A stretch of DNA of 64,000 nt from Eledone cirrhosa. Its lineage: Eukaryota. Every line of letters begins with the position of its first letter. The first letter of the stretch is position 1. The stretch is taken from assembly GCA_964016885.1 (NCBI GenBank), contig OZ024756.1, positions 6,758,001 to 6,822,000 on the forward strand, read 5' to 3'. The translations under genes were made by a program, and so were the position numbers. Positions 13,562-27,548 of this stretch are shown piece after piece. The notes beneath the pieces are model-generated. The model was not told where the DNA came from and ran no database searches. It worked only from the letters and a program-made list of their open reading frames with translations.

Positions 13562-13627
13562 TGTTTTATTATATATATTTCGAAGGTACTGTGCTGATTT
13601 TTCAGTGCGTCCTCGTCAGATAAAATA
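13562..13627 (-). ncRNA. Type I hammerhead motif (family A-like)
   Basis: Minus strand TATTTTAT-CTGACGA-GG..CCTTC-GAAA-TATATA-TA-ATAAAA. Confidence 0.65.
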
Positions 13628-13685
13628 CATGAATTGTTGTATGGCATACCTCAACTGTCTTGATAGTTCAATTCCAGTATTGGCA

Positions 13686-13723
<38 letters not shown>

Positions 13724-13740
13724 TTCAAGGAGTATTGGCA

Positions 13741-13824
<84 letters not shown>

Positions 13825-13828
13825 AACA

Positions 13829-13898
<70 letters not shown>

Positions 13899-13962
13899 CA
13901 AGGAGACAACAAAAAAGAGGTACACAAAATCTCACGCTTTATAGTGGAAAGATGAAAGATAG

Positions 13963-13996
13963 TTTGACGTGTCGGGTTTAAGCCCTTCTTCAGAAA
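13963..13996 (-). ncRNA. Minimal hammerhead with mutated core
   Basis: Minus strand TTT-CTGAAGA-AGGG CTTAAA CCC-GACA-CG-TC-AAA (GAAA changed to GACA). Confidence 0.55.
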
Positions 13997-14658
13997 TACA
14001 AAATAGAGTAAGGGTCAAAAGGAGAAACAGAAAAAAAGGTTCGAGTCAAGACACAATACATATATATACACCCTCGGATCTCGATAAATCAACCTCCACC
14101 ACCCCGCCGCTTATTAATTTTTCAGATCCTCTATCCACACTTATCAAATTTTGCTTATCTATCTCCGACAAAATTTTAATTTAAATTTCGTTACACCTTA
14201 AGAAACATTTTAGATGACAAAAAAACGTATATTACTAGAAATCTCATAGAGTATGAAATCAATAGGATGGTTTGGGGATCTCAATATGTAAACTAAACTA
14301 ATATTGGGTTTTTTTTTAAATTAAACGGAAACAACCTAGAAGAATTACCGAATTTTCTACCATTACCCCATACTTATTTCACTCCCATCCCCACCCACTT
14401 ATTTCACCACACCCTCCAGTTATTCCACCCCGCTCCTATTATTTGGGGCTCAAGAGTATATTAAAATGGCGGTATTTAACACGTTCAAACATTAAATAAA
14501 TAAGCATGCAAGCCTTACGTGTAGATAGATTGTAAATGGTGTTTTTAGTGTTGAAAGGTAGCAGTGACTTCGAAGTTTTGTTTCGGTTGTTTCATCTAGC
14601 TCCCACAAGAAGCGACTAAGCTGAGACCCAGAAGTCACTACCTCGTTTCTATTTAGTA

Positions 14659-14718
<60 letters not shown>

Positions 14719-14812
14719 ATTAAAATACTTGAGTGCGTTAGAGTTAAACACACTCGTCGTATTAGAGAAATGACAGTATAAGATATAGCTCAATGTAATC
14801 CAACAGAGCCGA

Positions 14813-15158
14813 AAAATTATAAAAAATAAACAAAGAAGCCTTCAATACATCAAAAGTCTTTATTAGCCGACAATGTTTCGTCCCATTAATAAGGACTCAT
14901 GAGGGCAAGCAAAGAGACAAGAAGCATTAACGGCCAGAACAGTACAAAACTCAGAAGAACAGGGAATTTATATCTATGAAAACTTAGGAAAGACATGCTA
15001 AAGCTAAAAGTGTGCATTTGCAAATATAGACTATAGGGCAAGAGAGCAGGTAATATGTCAAACCCACGTTGAAAGAACAAAACAATATAAGATAAATACA
15101 TGAAATACAACATGGTAATACAATATGAGAATTATAATATGATATAGAAAACAATATA
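14813..15158 (-). mobile_element. Family C hammerhead element (copy with inactivated core)
   Basis: Reverse complement of 39285-39636; hammerhead 14866-14906 has CTCATGA instead of CTGATGA. Confidence 0.8.
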
Positions 15159-15272
15159 ATGGATAATAAGAAATAGTATATATGTATATATATATATCCA
15201 TATATATACACATTTACACAAACACATACTAACACTTGTTTAAATATTTAAATATAAGTATACTCGTTAAAG

Positions 15273-15309
<37 letters not shown>

Positions 15310-15310
15310 T

Positions 15311-16075
15311 AGAAAGTGATGAGGTTTTTTTACAAAATGGAAAATAAACGAGGTGTCCTACACGAGTGAAAGTATAAGGAAAAAAGATGAAATCGAAAAT
15401 GCAACTGGAGTCTTTTTTTAAAAGAATATATTTATTTGGTTCCTTTACCGGTTTCGCAGTTCTTGTACTTTTTGAAAGTGGAATTGGGATGGAGGGTTTG
15501 TGGTTTTTCTCACATCTGGTTGGTGTTCGAATTTTACTTCTGTTTTATATGGAAAAAAGTGGCTCGAAATGCTAGGTTTTTAGAGAAGTAATGAGGCTGG
15601 TTGGTGAATAAGTATAATACATTTCGTGCCACTTCGCGTTACAAAGTTCTTATCATATTTGCCTTAAAAAAGGGAGAGGGGGGCTCAGATTGTTTTTTCA
15701 TATATGAGTGAAGTTTGGTTGGTTGATGCAGTCACGTGAATAAGCACATCAGCTTTCCCGCCAGTTTGTGTTTGAATTTCTTTTTACTTAAAAAAGAGGG
15801 TGACTCACGGAAGCTTTTTTTTATAAATGTGATTTGATTGGTTATAAATTAAATTATGAGGGTCACGTGAACAAGTACATTAAATTTCGCTCCCGTATTT
15901 GGGAATTTCTTTTGTATCCATTTAGCGAATTTTGTGCTAAGTAAAAGATAATGGTCAAGAGAAATGGGATGGGGAGAATTGTTCTGGTTCAGTGAATATG
16001 GCTGGTGTGCTGGGTGTCAGAATCCAGACCTATTGAAATAAAGAAAGTAGAGATATGTATGTTTATCTGTGTGCT

Positions 16076-16128
<53 letters not shown>

Positions 16129-16606
16129 GAAAATAATTCCGTTAGTAGAAATGGGGAGGGAGTTATGTGTGTGGGGTGTGGTTAGAATGTTAAAGTGTTA
16201 GAGTATTAACGTATGTTAAAGTTTTTTTAGCTCTGGTGATTATTTTCGAAAATAGGTGTTATATGTGTGTATATGTATGTGTCTGTTTGGATGGTTAGCA
16301 AGTTATGGTGTTGACATAATGTATATTAAACTATATTTAATGCTGGTCTATATTTTTGAATGAACATGTTTTCCTTATTTATTCGTATTTGTTCTGTTGT
16401 ATTGTCAGCGAATTTCGAGCCACATTTTTCCATATAAAACAGAAGTAACATTCGAACACCAACCAGATGTGAGAAAAACCACAAACCCTTCATCTCAATT
16501 CTACTTTTGGAAAGCACAAGAACTGCGAAACCGGTAAAGGAACCAAATACATATTTAAAAAAAAAAAAAGACTCCAGTTGCATTTTCCATTTCATTTTTT
16601 TTCTTT
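15311..16606 (-). mobile_element. 5'-truncated Penelope-like element with inverted terminal segment (family B)
   Basis: 16326-16410 (minus) encodes EQIRINKENMFIQKYRPALN, resembling a GIY-YIG C-terminus; 16410-16600 is an inverted copy of 15380-15570; flanked by (TA)n. Confidence 0.7.
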
Positions 16607-16786
16607 TTATATATATATATATTTATATATATATACATATATATATTTAAAAGTTAAACAAGGTTCAATGAATGAATCAAAGAATTAGTTTTACAATAGA
16701 TTGGAAGCACTCAACAGTTTGGTTTTCCGGAGTCATTAATATTAATTAAAAATATTTACAAAAATAGAACTTCTTGTGATCAAGTA

Positions 16787-16853
16787 TATTTTATTATACA
16801 TATTTCAGAGGTAGTGAGCTAACTTCAACAATACGTCCTCATCAGATAAAATA
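16787..16853 (-). ncRNA. Type I hammerhead motif (family A-like)
   Basis: Minus strand TATTTTAT-CTGATGA-GG..CCTCT-GAAA-TATGTA-TA-ATAAAATA; 8-bp stem I. Confidence 0.7.
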
Positions 16854-16883
16854 AGATTATGCATCTACCTGTTATTATTCATT

Positions 16884-16918
<35 letters not shown>

Positions 16919-17173
16919 GAATGAATAATAACAGGTAGACATGATAAAAAGGTAATTTATTTTTTATAAATATATAAATTACCTTTTTATGATGTCTACC
17001 TGTTATTATTCATTCTTTATCTACACTCCTGAATACAGAAGGACCAGGAACTGAGTTTCTTCAACTATTCTTCCATAACTCGTTGAGTAACCACTCACCG
17101 TACGTCAACTCTATCCAGTGTAGTAATTAACCATTACTTCATCCAGGATAATCCCAAGCGTTGCTTGCATAAC

Positions 17174-17271
<98 letters not shown>

Positions 17272-17806
17272 TTTATGTATACATTTACATTATACATGTG
17301 TATCTGTGTATATGTAGAAAGTACACAGAAATAACAAAACAAACGACACGGTACAATCAAGAAATATATTAGTTTAACGCTTGAAATAATAGTAAAATAT
17401 TCTTAATATTTCGGACAATGGACCTTCATGAGAAGATGAAATAAGATGATGAAATAGAATGATAGAGTGTGTGAAGAGCAAGGAACGGAATAAAATTGCG
17501 AACAAGACACACGTGCGTATTCAGTCAGCTATTTTGTATATATATATATATATATATATACATTCATTTAAGTTTGCTGATTCACCACTGGATAGAACTG
17601 GTCATTCCGTATGGTTAACCTCGATGTAATATTATGGAGAGCACTCAACGTAATGCAACTCACCCACCTTCGTTTGTGTTGTTGGTGGTGGTACGAGTAC
17701 GGAGTTAATTATTATAAAATAACAGGAGGCTGGACTGGTGTAATTCCTTAAAGGTTTATTATACTAGCAACATTTCAATGATCGGGTTCAGTATGAATCC
17801 GGTGAT

Positions 17807-17991
17807 GGTGGATTGGCAGTATCGGTGGAAGGTCGGACGCCATGTTTTCCAGCATAGTTACGTCCCTTTACGATCTGAGTTCAAATCCCGCCGAGGTTGA
17901 CTTTGCCTTTCATCCTTACTGGGTCGATAAAATAAAGTACCAGTAATGCACTGGGTAATTGCTGGCCCTGTGCCTAAAGTAGAAACAATTA
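17807..17991 (+). mobile_element. tRNA-head SINE
   Basis: A/B boxes and core as in 2216-2407 and 48691-48872. Confidence 0.9.
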
Positions 17992-18164
17992 TCATGTATT
18001 CAAAATTTAACAAAGGAATATAATCCATGGGGCTGGAAAGGCAGAGCGACAAAATGGCACCCTTGTGGGCGGCCGACCGAACTAGAAACTGCTAGATGTG
18101 TGGCCGCCTTCTTGTCGCTCTGCCTTTTCAACCCCATGGATTATATGCCTTTGTTAAATTTCGA

Positions 18165-18222
18165 ATACCTGATGATGTCACCGGATTCATACTGAACCCG
18201 GTAATTGAAATGTTGTTAGTAT
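18165..18222 (+). ncRNA. Type I hammerhead motif
   Basis: ATAC-CTGATGA-stem II (ACCGG..CCGGT)-GAAA-TGTTG-TTA-GTAT; stem III imperfect; partial inverted copy at about 17711-17807. Confidence 0.6.
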
Positions 18223-18265
18223 AATAAACCTTTAAGGAATTACACCAGTCCAGCCTCCTGTTATT

Positions 18266-18361
<96 letters not shown>

Positions 18362-18362
<1 letters not shown>

Positions 18363-20097
18363 TTTGTGAAATGGGTGGTGGTTGAAATTCAGATTGCAAG
18401 GTTAAATGGTAGTAGACGTGGTCGGACTGACATGAAAATTTACACACCTATGTACAAAGTGCCAAGGAAGCAAATAGACGGGGTTTCAAATCACTAACTT
18501 CAAAAATGTGGTCCCTTGGGGCCCCAAAACTATCGCGTTCGGTGAGTTATTACACCCTGTCCTAATACTTTTGTCTTATTTACAATTTCATACAAATAAA
18601 GCAGTAAATAAAGGATTATGAGTTCATGCAATTGACTTATGTTTCGTCACTATATATATATATATATATATATTTAATATGAAAAATATAATTAAAAAAA
18701 ATATCAACTGTAATGTATGTATGCATGTATTTATGTGTTTATATGAGCGGGGATATGCAAGTAAATCTTACTTTGTGGACAGCTTATCCTAAGCATAATA
18801 TTCATGCTAGAACAGCATATATTTGAAAGTTTTCAGGGGGTTGAATTACTGATTTTGGATCGGCAGCTTTAGCTTTGAAAAAATGAAATGTGCAGTGTAA
18901 ACATTTTTTATTATTCCTCCGGGGATGAATCTTCTCTGCATTTTTTCCATCTCTTTCTTTCTCTCTGGAAGAAATCAGCCGTAGTAAGACCTAAAAAGAT
19001 GGTTAGATACACCATGACGCACCGTGCATCACGGTGGAGTTGAAAAGCAGACTCAGAACATGGCGTTGTGTGGGGGTGGCTAGCAGCCTAATGTTCCAGG
19101 GGGAGCAAAAGAAGAAGAAGTAGAAAAATTGAGCTGGAGTCCTATCAAAGATGTAGGTTGTGTCTTAAATTGAAGATTTAGTAGAAACAATTCATGTATA
19201 GTTTTGTACTTTTCTTTTGTCATTCATATATAAACTAATCTACTATATAAATTGGAAGTGGTCGGACGCTGTATATGTTACTCTAGTCGGATAAACGTCG
19301 AAACGGCTTGGTGGAATGCAGCGAAAATTTCCACAGTTATGCAGAATGACACGAGGAGGCGTTGGGTCGACATTCAAGCTACAATCTTCCATGGTTACGG
19401 AGGAAATCGATGAAACAGGAATTTCCCATTCAAATTGAACTGAGAGTAATCTGTGAACGCAGAAGTAATTATTTCAAGAAACGTTGAAACCGAACAAGAA
19501 CAGGAAGATGATATTTTGGTTCGTGAAGACGTTCCCTGGCAATGAACGGGAAAAAAGCGAGGATAATACCTCGTTATGTGGAGCGTGAAGAACAATTTCA
19601 TGCAAAGACAAGATCAAGTTTATGGTATAAATGGAGTCGTTAGACTAATATTCTATTTAAAATAACAGAATGATTTCCAGCCCCGGAGTTTAAGAATGAT
19701 GTAAATAAAATTGAAAATGAAAATGACAGAGGTTATGAAAATAGTAAAAGTAAATAGTGAAGATTTAGGCCAGTACATACGTATGCCCCGACGACATACA
19801 CATACATACGCACACACAAACACATACACACGCACACCCACACACACACACACAAACACACACACGAACGAACACACAGACGCACGCGCATATGTATAAA
19901 CCTTACTGCGGATGGTCATGGCACTGTCATTTTTCCAGATATTGATTATAGGGCCCCCTGGGGGCAGGAACCCTCTTTTGGAAAAAGCCGATGATTTTGT
20001 AAAAGTATAGTTTTCGAAGCAGCACTGAAGTATTGACATAAATGATATACACAATTTGTATTTAATATCCGAGCAACGCAGGGTACCTCTGCTAGTA
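18362..20097 (-). mobile_element. Second Helentron/DINE-like element, composite interior
   Basis: 18362-18565 and about 19375-20097 are reverse complements of the two ends of 9532-11025. Confidence 0.55.
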
Positions 20098-21117
20098 TAT
20101 ATATATATATAAATATATAATGCAACAAACATATATATGACGTTGAGAATTCGTAAATGTCTGTCATTCATGATAAGCTCCTATTTCCCACAATAACTGA
20201 CACAGATAGTCTGTCCTTCGAAAGATACTGAATATATTATATAACCAGGAATATTCTGGACAATATAATATACTTATACAATTCAGGAATAAAGTCATAC
20301 CTATAATAATAAGGCATGATATCAAAACAGTTCTGAATCTCCATATTATATTCCTGTCCCGTATTTGGGGTGCTACTATCACAATTGTAATTATTATTTT
20401 GAAGATAGTTCTCGCTTTGTCTTTCAGAGCATTCCATATTGCGTATTTGATTATTTTTCGGACAATAAAATTGTCTATGATTAGATCGACAAAATCTCTG
20501 CTCATAATTTATACTGCAAATCTATTTCTCTGTTCAGTTCAACAGTTTATGATGGATCATTCGTTGGATTGGTCTCAATTGAAATATATAAGTTTGAAAA
20601 ATAAAATTCCAATAAGAAATACACAATGCCTTCTCAATCTCTATTGCATCAATTCGTATTTCAGATATTTAAAGTTTCCGATTTAGACTTTTGATTTATA
20701 TTCATTCATTCAATGAAGGAATATAAAGAAAGATGCCGTTTCAAAACTGTTATGACATCACCAACAACAACGGACGTCATAACGACACGACATCCACTGC
20801 GATATTTTTCCCCATTAAACGGAAATTTCAATTTTGGTATGTTATCTATATATCTAAAACAGAGAATGTCTGTCTGTCTGTCTCCCTCAAAACACTAGAT
20901 CCACTCAATCGATTGTGTTCAACCTTTACACATGTAATAATTAGGGTCCTGTGAGTGTTTTGAGCTAAGAATATTTCAAATTTGCAAATCCCTAGGGATC
21001 GCATTAGGCGCCAGAACGTGGCGCCCTTATAATATCTGTCGGTATGCCTGTCTGTCTGCATTACGACATTATGGCTTCACTATCTGTGTGTGTGTATATA
21101 TGTATATATATATAGTG

Positions 21118-21665
21118 TGTCACCCTCCTCACCAAGATACCTTGTTGAGGAAGGTGACACACTATATATATAGTTGGACATCCTGCAGGACTAAAAACAA
21201 AACTTGTCAAAGAGCAAAGGAGCTCTTAAGAGTCAATGGCCATCCCAAATCACCGGGAGAGATGACCCCTTAGCCTTTGTCAAGGCATAATTCTAGGAGA
21301 AGGAAAACTCTGATATAACACCTGCAACCTTGATGGTATCCAATGATGTTGACTTGTTCTTCTTTTTGGTAAATATCATCTTGGTTAAGAGAGTGGGACT
21401 GGCTTTGTGCAGTGCCTTTGCTCACTATAAAAGCTTCACGGCACAGGCATTGTTTTATATCTGGAGATCTCTCTGCACTTGTCGTCACATGGTACCATGG
21501 GCCCAGCACTATGTGTCAATAATTGTCACAAGTGTAGTGTTTGTACCAGAGATTTCAAGTTGCTGGCTGGACTAAAAAGTCACACTTGTTCAGCGCATCG
21601 GTAGGGGTTCTCCTACATGGATATAAAGTAGTGGCCGTACTCGATAACGAGTTGGCAGCCATGAT
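21118..21665 (+). mobile_element. Internally deleted RTE-like LINE derivative
   Basis: 21527-21604 encodes HKCSVCTRDFKLLAGLKSHTCSAHR* (C2H2-type end typical of RTE ORFs); 5' part and tail ACTCGATAACGAG..GCAGCCAT shared with 58332-58800 (minus). Confidence 0.6.
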
Positions 21666-21912
21666 ATATTGTGTGTATATATATATTCTTCTCATTGCTG
21701 ACGTATTATGTTCGTTATTTTCAGTTCCTTGCCAGGGAACGTCTTCACGAACTAAATTAGCATCTTCCTGTTTTCTTTCGGTTGCAATGTTTTTCGAAAT
21801 ATTTACTTCTGCGTTCACAGATTGATTTTTTTCTGTTTCAGAAGATCCCGTTAAGGGTGAAAGCAGCGATTCTTTGCTTAAACTTTAATCTGTTATTTTA
21901 ATATATATATAT

Positions 21913-22039
<127 letters not shown>

Positions 22040-23295
22040 TATATTCGTGTACAGGTATTTTTGCATGCACCAAAAACAAAATATAAACAAACGTATTTAT
22101 TTCACGAGGCTCGATAAGGATAAATATATATCAAATATATAAGAACCCTAGAGCAATCCCGAACAACGCCTGTCCATTCTGCTAGTGTAACATAAAGTGA
22201 TAGATGTTTTGTGACATTTGTTTCAGCTCTCCGAAGTCTGTATTCAAATCACGCTGAAAGAGGTCAACTTTGCCTTTCATTCTTTAATGGTTGATGAACT
22301 AGCAGCTAGTCCAAGCAGTGGATTGTCGAAAATATCAGCGCCTCGGATGGGATGTATTCTCTGTTCTGGTTCTTTGTGTTCTGAGAGGAACGCCTTCGAC
22401 GACTCTGTGGACTCTACTAAACCATAGAAAACATCCTTTAGAAGAAAAAAAAAGAACACTTTGGCTAATACCAACTGAAAAACCTGCATTGTCATGACTG
22501 GAATGGCTTTGATCATAGGTTTGCCCAAATTGGCAGAGTCGCTAGAGCTTAGCCCGAAATGCCTTGGACTCGTAATTATATCCTCGTCGTCGAATGATGA
22601 AAGACAAAGTTAATGTCGGAGTGATTTGAAATCAGAATATGAATGCGGGAACATACGAGGCATTTAGTCCGACACAGCTGCCTTATGCACACAAGATGGT
22701 GTCAACTTTAAGTATCGATGTATCGGTTTTGTGAAAAACTAAATTGATGTGCCAGCGTTTGTGGAAGTCATCAATAGCCTGAGTGATCTGAAACGGCTAC
22801 AGGCCTAATCGAAACCGATGGAAATACTCGCGTCTATCTTACGGAAATAAATTCATTGAAAGACAAAAAATGTCAATTGAGGGATTTGAACTTAGCGCAG
22901 AGAGAACTAGACGAAATACCGGCAAATAATTTAATCTAAGTCCCTAGCGATTCTACCAAGTCCGACATACTACTGAATCTGCCAATACACAGCTCTACCT
23001 TCGCTGATAATGACATGACGGAACAAGCAAAAGATAAAACCGAAAGGATTTCTAAGGCTTCGTACACTATTTCTAGGATTTCACTCGTTCACCAAGCAAT
23101 ATGTAAAAAGAAATACGTGTGCAAACTGTCAGTGTTTATTCCAGAATATTCGTAGATGTAATATGGACATTTTTATAGCTTCTTCAATTAGAAAGAAAGT
23201 GAAGATATCAAGATCTGCTTCTGACGTACTTTCCCTATTTATTTAAGGCCAGAAAGTAAGCCCAGGAACCTATCGTCAGATCTCTAGTTGTAGCT

Positions 23296-23560
23296 TATAA
23301 CGAGATCTCCTGCTACAGAAGTAGTATCTACCTCACATTGTCTTTATAACGAGATCTCGTCCTACAGCAGTGGTTTCTACTTCACGTTGTCCTTATAACG
23401 ATATCTCTTGCTACAACAGTAGTTTCTACCTCTCATTGTCCTCATAACGAGATCTCGTACTATGGCAACAGTTTCTACCTCTCGTTGTTCTAATAATGAG
23501 ATCTCGTGCTATGACAGTAATTTCTACCTCTCATTTGTCTTATAACGAGATATCGTGCCA
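23296..23560. repeat. 49-bp minisatellite, about 5.5 copies
   Basis: ATAACGAGATCTC..TTTCTACCTC..TTGTC recurring at 49-bp spacing. Confidence 0.85.
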
Positions 23561-23572
23561 CAGCCTGAAGGT

Positions 23573-23636
<64 letters not shown>

Positions 23637-23704
23637 ATTTAGCTTCAGGCTTCCAAACGACTTAAATATATATATATATACATACATATATATATGTATG
23701 TATG

Positions 23705-23759
<55 letters not shown>

Positions 23760-23835
23760 ATATACATATGTATATATATATATATATTCATATATAAATA
23801 TATATATATATATGTATGTATATATATACAAACAC

Positions 23836-23930
<95 letters not shown>

Positions 23931-24000
23931 AATATATATATATAAATATACACCCGTGTATATTTATCTATCTATATATGTATACATATATATATATATA

Positions 24001-24174
24001 GAAAAAAAGATGAAATCGAAAATCCAACTGGAGTCTTATTTATTTTTTTTAAATATATATATTTAAAAAATAAAATAAGACTCCAGTTGCATTTTCGATT
24101 TCATCTTTTTTTCTTTATACTTTCACTCGTGTAGGACACCTCGGTTATTTTTCATTTTGTAAAAAAACCCTCAC

Positions 24175-24180
<6 letters not shown>
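24001..24180. mobile_element. Family B terminal fragment with foldback
   Basis: Reverse complement of 15311-15420 plus an inverted copy of GATGAAATCGAAAAT.CAACTGGAGTC. Confidence 0.7.
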
Positions 24181-24207
<27 letters not shown>

Positions 24208-24279
24208 CATGCATAAATACATAGATAAAAGCAGCCATCACCACCACACACACTCACACACACATTATTGCATAGAGTA

Positions 24280-24590
24280 CCTGTAAGAATGTATTTTGGA
24301 ACTATTACTATATAGTACAGAAACCAGCACGAACTTTGGGTACACATGTCTTCATCAACAGTCACTTGATATCTTATTAAATATGGTGTTGTTACACCCT
24401 GTTTTCCGCAATGAAAAGCCTCACAAATACCGAACCAGTGATCCTGTAATCCCTATAGATTAATGCTTGTTTTGTTAACTAATCCTGACTCCATTCAGAT
24501 CTAGCTCTCCTTTGACAATAATTTATTGTGATTTCCATCTAACATCTACAAGATATTGATTAACATTTCTCTCTTTTACTGACGGGAGAT
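24280..24590 (-). pseudogene. Possible fossil piggyBac (PGBD-type) transposase fragment
   Basis: Minus-strand translation ..TPYLIRYQVTVDEDMCTQSSCWFLYYIVIVPKY resembles the LTVDE..GRC.F.QY.P.KP.KYG block; by-eye only. Confidence 0.35.
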
Positions 24591-25183
24591 AGAAAACTAT
24601 GTATCAACATAAGTTTACCTTTAACAGTTGTACACTGTTTATACAAAATGACTTACTATATGATTCATAATTCAAGATTTATATCAATAAATATTATTCC
24701 TCAACGAGAGGAAGATAATAAGGCTCGGGGTTTGTTGTGTACTCAGTGATGTTTGTTATTCAATGCTATGTAAGATCAACAAACGTTAGGGTTTATAGTT
24801 GAAACAGTTGGTTTCTTTAAAACTGTTATTTGTGCATGGATAGGGTGAACGTAGACACAGGTATGGTTGGGTGGTTGTGTGGTTAAGAGTCTCTCTTAGT
24901 AACCATGAGATTCAGGGTTCGTTCTTGCGGAATGGCTCCTATATATATATATATATATGTGTGTGTGTGCGCGGGTGTGTGTGCGTGTGGATACATTCAT
25001 ACACACATACATATATACGTGCCTCCATACATCTTTTACGTTAACTAATATTTTATTGCGTAGGTTGGTGTGTGTTCATATAACTATCTACCTGTGTCGT
25101 ATATATACATATTTATATTTCGTTTCTGAATTTGTTATTGGCAACATGACCCTCCCAAAGTATAACAATATATATATATATAC

Positions 25184-25214
<31 letters not shown>

Positions 25215-25459
25215 AGTTTCAAGTTGTCTGTGGCTATGGGGTTGTCACAGTTGCACTGTTAACTCTCACACCAACTCTTCGATAATGAGTTTCAAAGTGT
25301 TCGCTAGAATTCCTTTGAAGTATAGGAATCTAATTAAGACAAATTTACATTTTTATTAACCTTTGACGGTTCCTTATTCTATTTGCTTCTGTAAACATCG
25401 TTTGTAATATACCTCACTCTCTATTATATCATGTTGTACTTCTCCCCACTATGGCAGAC

Positions 25460-25485
25460 TGCTACTGCTGCTGCTGCTGCTACTG

Positions 25486-25535
<50 letters not shown>

Positions 25536-25646
25536 GCTGCTGCTACTAGTACTACTATTACAACCACCAACATCACCACCAAAATCAACACCGCTGTAGT
25601 AGTAATATAACAACCAATACCATCACCATCAACAATAACACTGCTT

Positions 25647-25699
<53 letters not shown>

Positions 25700-25806
25700 G
25701 CTGCTGCTGATGCTGCTTCTACTACTACTACTACTACTACTACTGCTACTGCTTCTACTACTACTACTACTGCTACTGCCACCAGCACCACCAATTTCAC
25801 CCCCAT

Positions 25807-25867
<61 letters not shown>

Positions 25868-26054
25868 GCCACTGCCACCACCACCAACTTCACCACCATC
25901 ACTACCACTACTTCTACTACTACTGCTACTGCCAGCAGCACCACCAATTTCCCCCCATCACTACCACTACTACTACTACTACTGCCACCACCACCAACTT
26001 CACCACCATCACTACCACTACTACTACTACTACTACTAATGTTACTGCCATCAA

Positions 26055-26132
<78 letters not shown>
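25460..26132. repeat. (CTA)n/(CCA)n trinucleotide complex
   Basis: Direct reading. Confidence 0.95.
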
Positions 26133-26134
<2 letters not shown>

Positions 26135-26204
26135 ATATTGATTGTTTTCTCCTCGCATTCATGTAATGCATTTCGCCTTTACATTTTTTTAACCTCATCC
26201 TCGC

Positions 26205-26570
26205 CTTCATTTCTTCTCATTGACAAAATACTATTTCCCACCAGTCCGAAATATAATAGGTATAATATAAAAGTTAGCTACAGTAGTCAGGAAAATGTGT
26301 ATCTAAATTAACTCACCTTAAACAAGATTATCAACAGGAAGGACGAGAAAGAAATTGTAGCATCATTCCGTCATACCAACGGAATGGCAAAAATGTTTAA
26401 CGTAGAGAAGTAAAGTAGCATACACGGGTGACAATAAACAGGAGTGTGTAGAATTAACGAAGAATACATTCAAAGCTAGATACAAACATCACACGTACTA
26501 GTTCCGTTCCAGAGATAAATATATTCCACATCTCTATCTTGAAAGTCCTGAAACTGAAGTAGAATAAAAA
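26205..26570 (+). pseudogene. Degenerate Penelope linker/GIY-YIG fragment
   Basis: FLLIDK..FP..NRYNIKVSYS and FKARYKHHTY*FR..STSLS match the Penelope linker and endonuclease pattern also seen at 29923-30483. Confidence 0.6.
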
Positions 26571-26808
26571 GCATCCCTATAATCTTCTTGACATACACTT
26601 TCTAAATTTATCTTAACTACACGAGGGCGACGTCTACTCCCTCTTTCTGTCACACACACGCTCCCACCTCTCTCACTAAACAAATGACGCTCCTTTTCTC
26701 TCTATATGTATGTTCATCTCTTTCGCTTGGCGCTCTCTCTCCCTCTACAGACGTCGTAACTTTCTGTTTATCTATTTCTTTCTGCCACAGAAAAAAAAGA
26801 CGGCGTTC

Positions 26809-26907
<99 letters not shown>

Positions 26908-27132
26908 CATATATTTCGCTTGGCGCTCACACTCTCTATATAAAGTGAACCTGACGTACGGACGGACGGACAGACAACGATCTTATTATAATAAAGATTA
27001 TGCAAGCACGTGAGATCATATACCAAGGTATTGTGAGGAAGCATATTAGGGTATTTGTGCTATTATACATCTGTGTTACAGAGGGAATGCCTGGGCAAAC
27101 AATTTCAATATGTTTCTTCTATTCTTCAATAT

Positions 27133-27350
27133 GGCGGTGGATTGACAGTATCGGTAGAGGGTCGGACACCATGCTTCGTAGCATACTGTTACGCCCCTTT
27201 ATGAAATGAGTTCAAATCCCGCCCAGGTTAAATTTGCCTTTCATCATAAAGGGGGACGATAAAATAAAGTACCAGTCAGGCACTGGGGTCGATTTAATCG
27301 ACTTTCCCCTCCCGAAAATTGCTGGCATTGTGTCTAAATAAGAAACCAAT
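27133..27350 (+). mobile_element. tRNA-head SINE (longer tail variant)
   Basis: A/B boxes, core, plus GGGGTCGATTTAATCGACT tail segment. Confidence 0.85.
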
Positions 27351-27503
27351 ATTTTTCTTCTATTCAATTATAAAATTTACAAATAAATCATATTTTAATA
27401 ATAGTAATCCTACATTCTTAAATATGATCAATAAATTGCTTATATCTTATCTTGTCGTCTTGTTCGTATAGAAGGAACCATCTCTCCTTTGCCAACATCA
27501 ATG

Positions 27504-27544
<41 letters not shown>

Positions 27545-27548
<4 letters not shown>

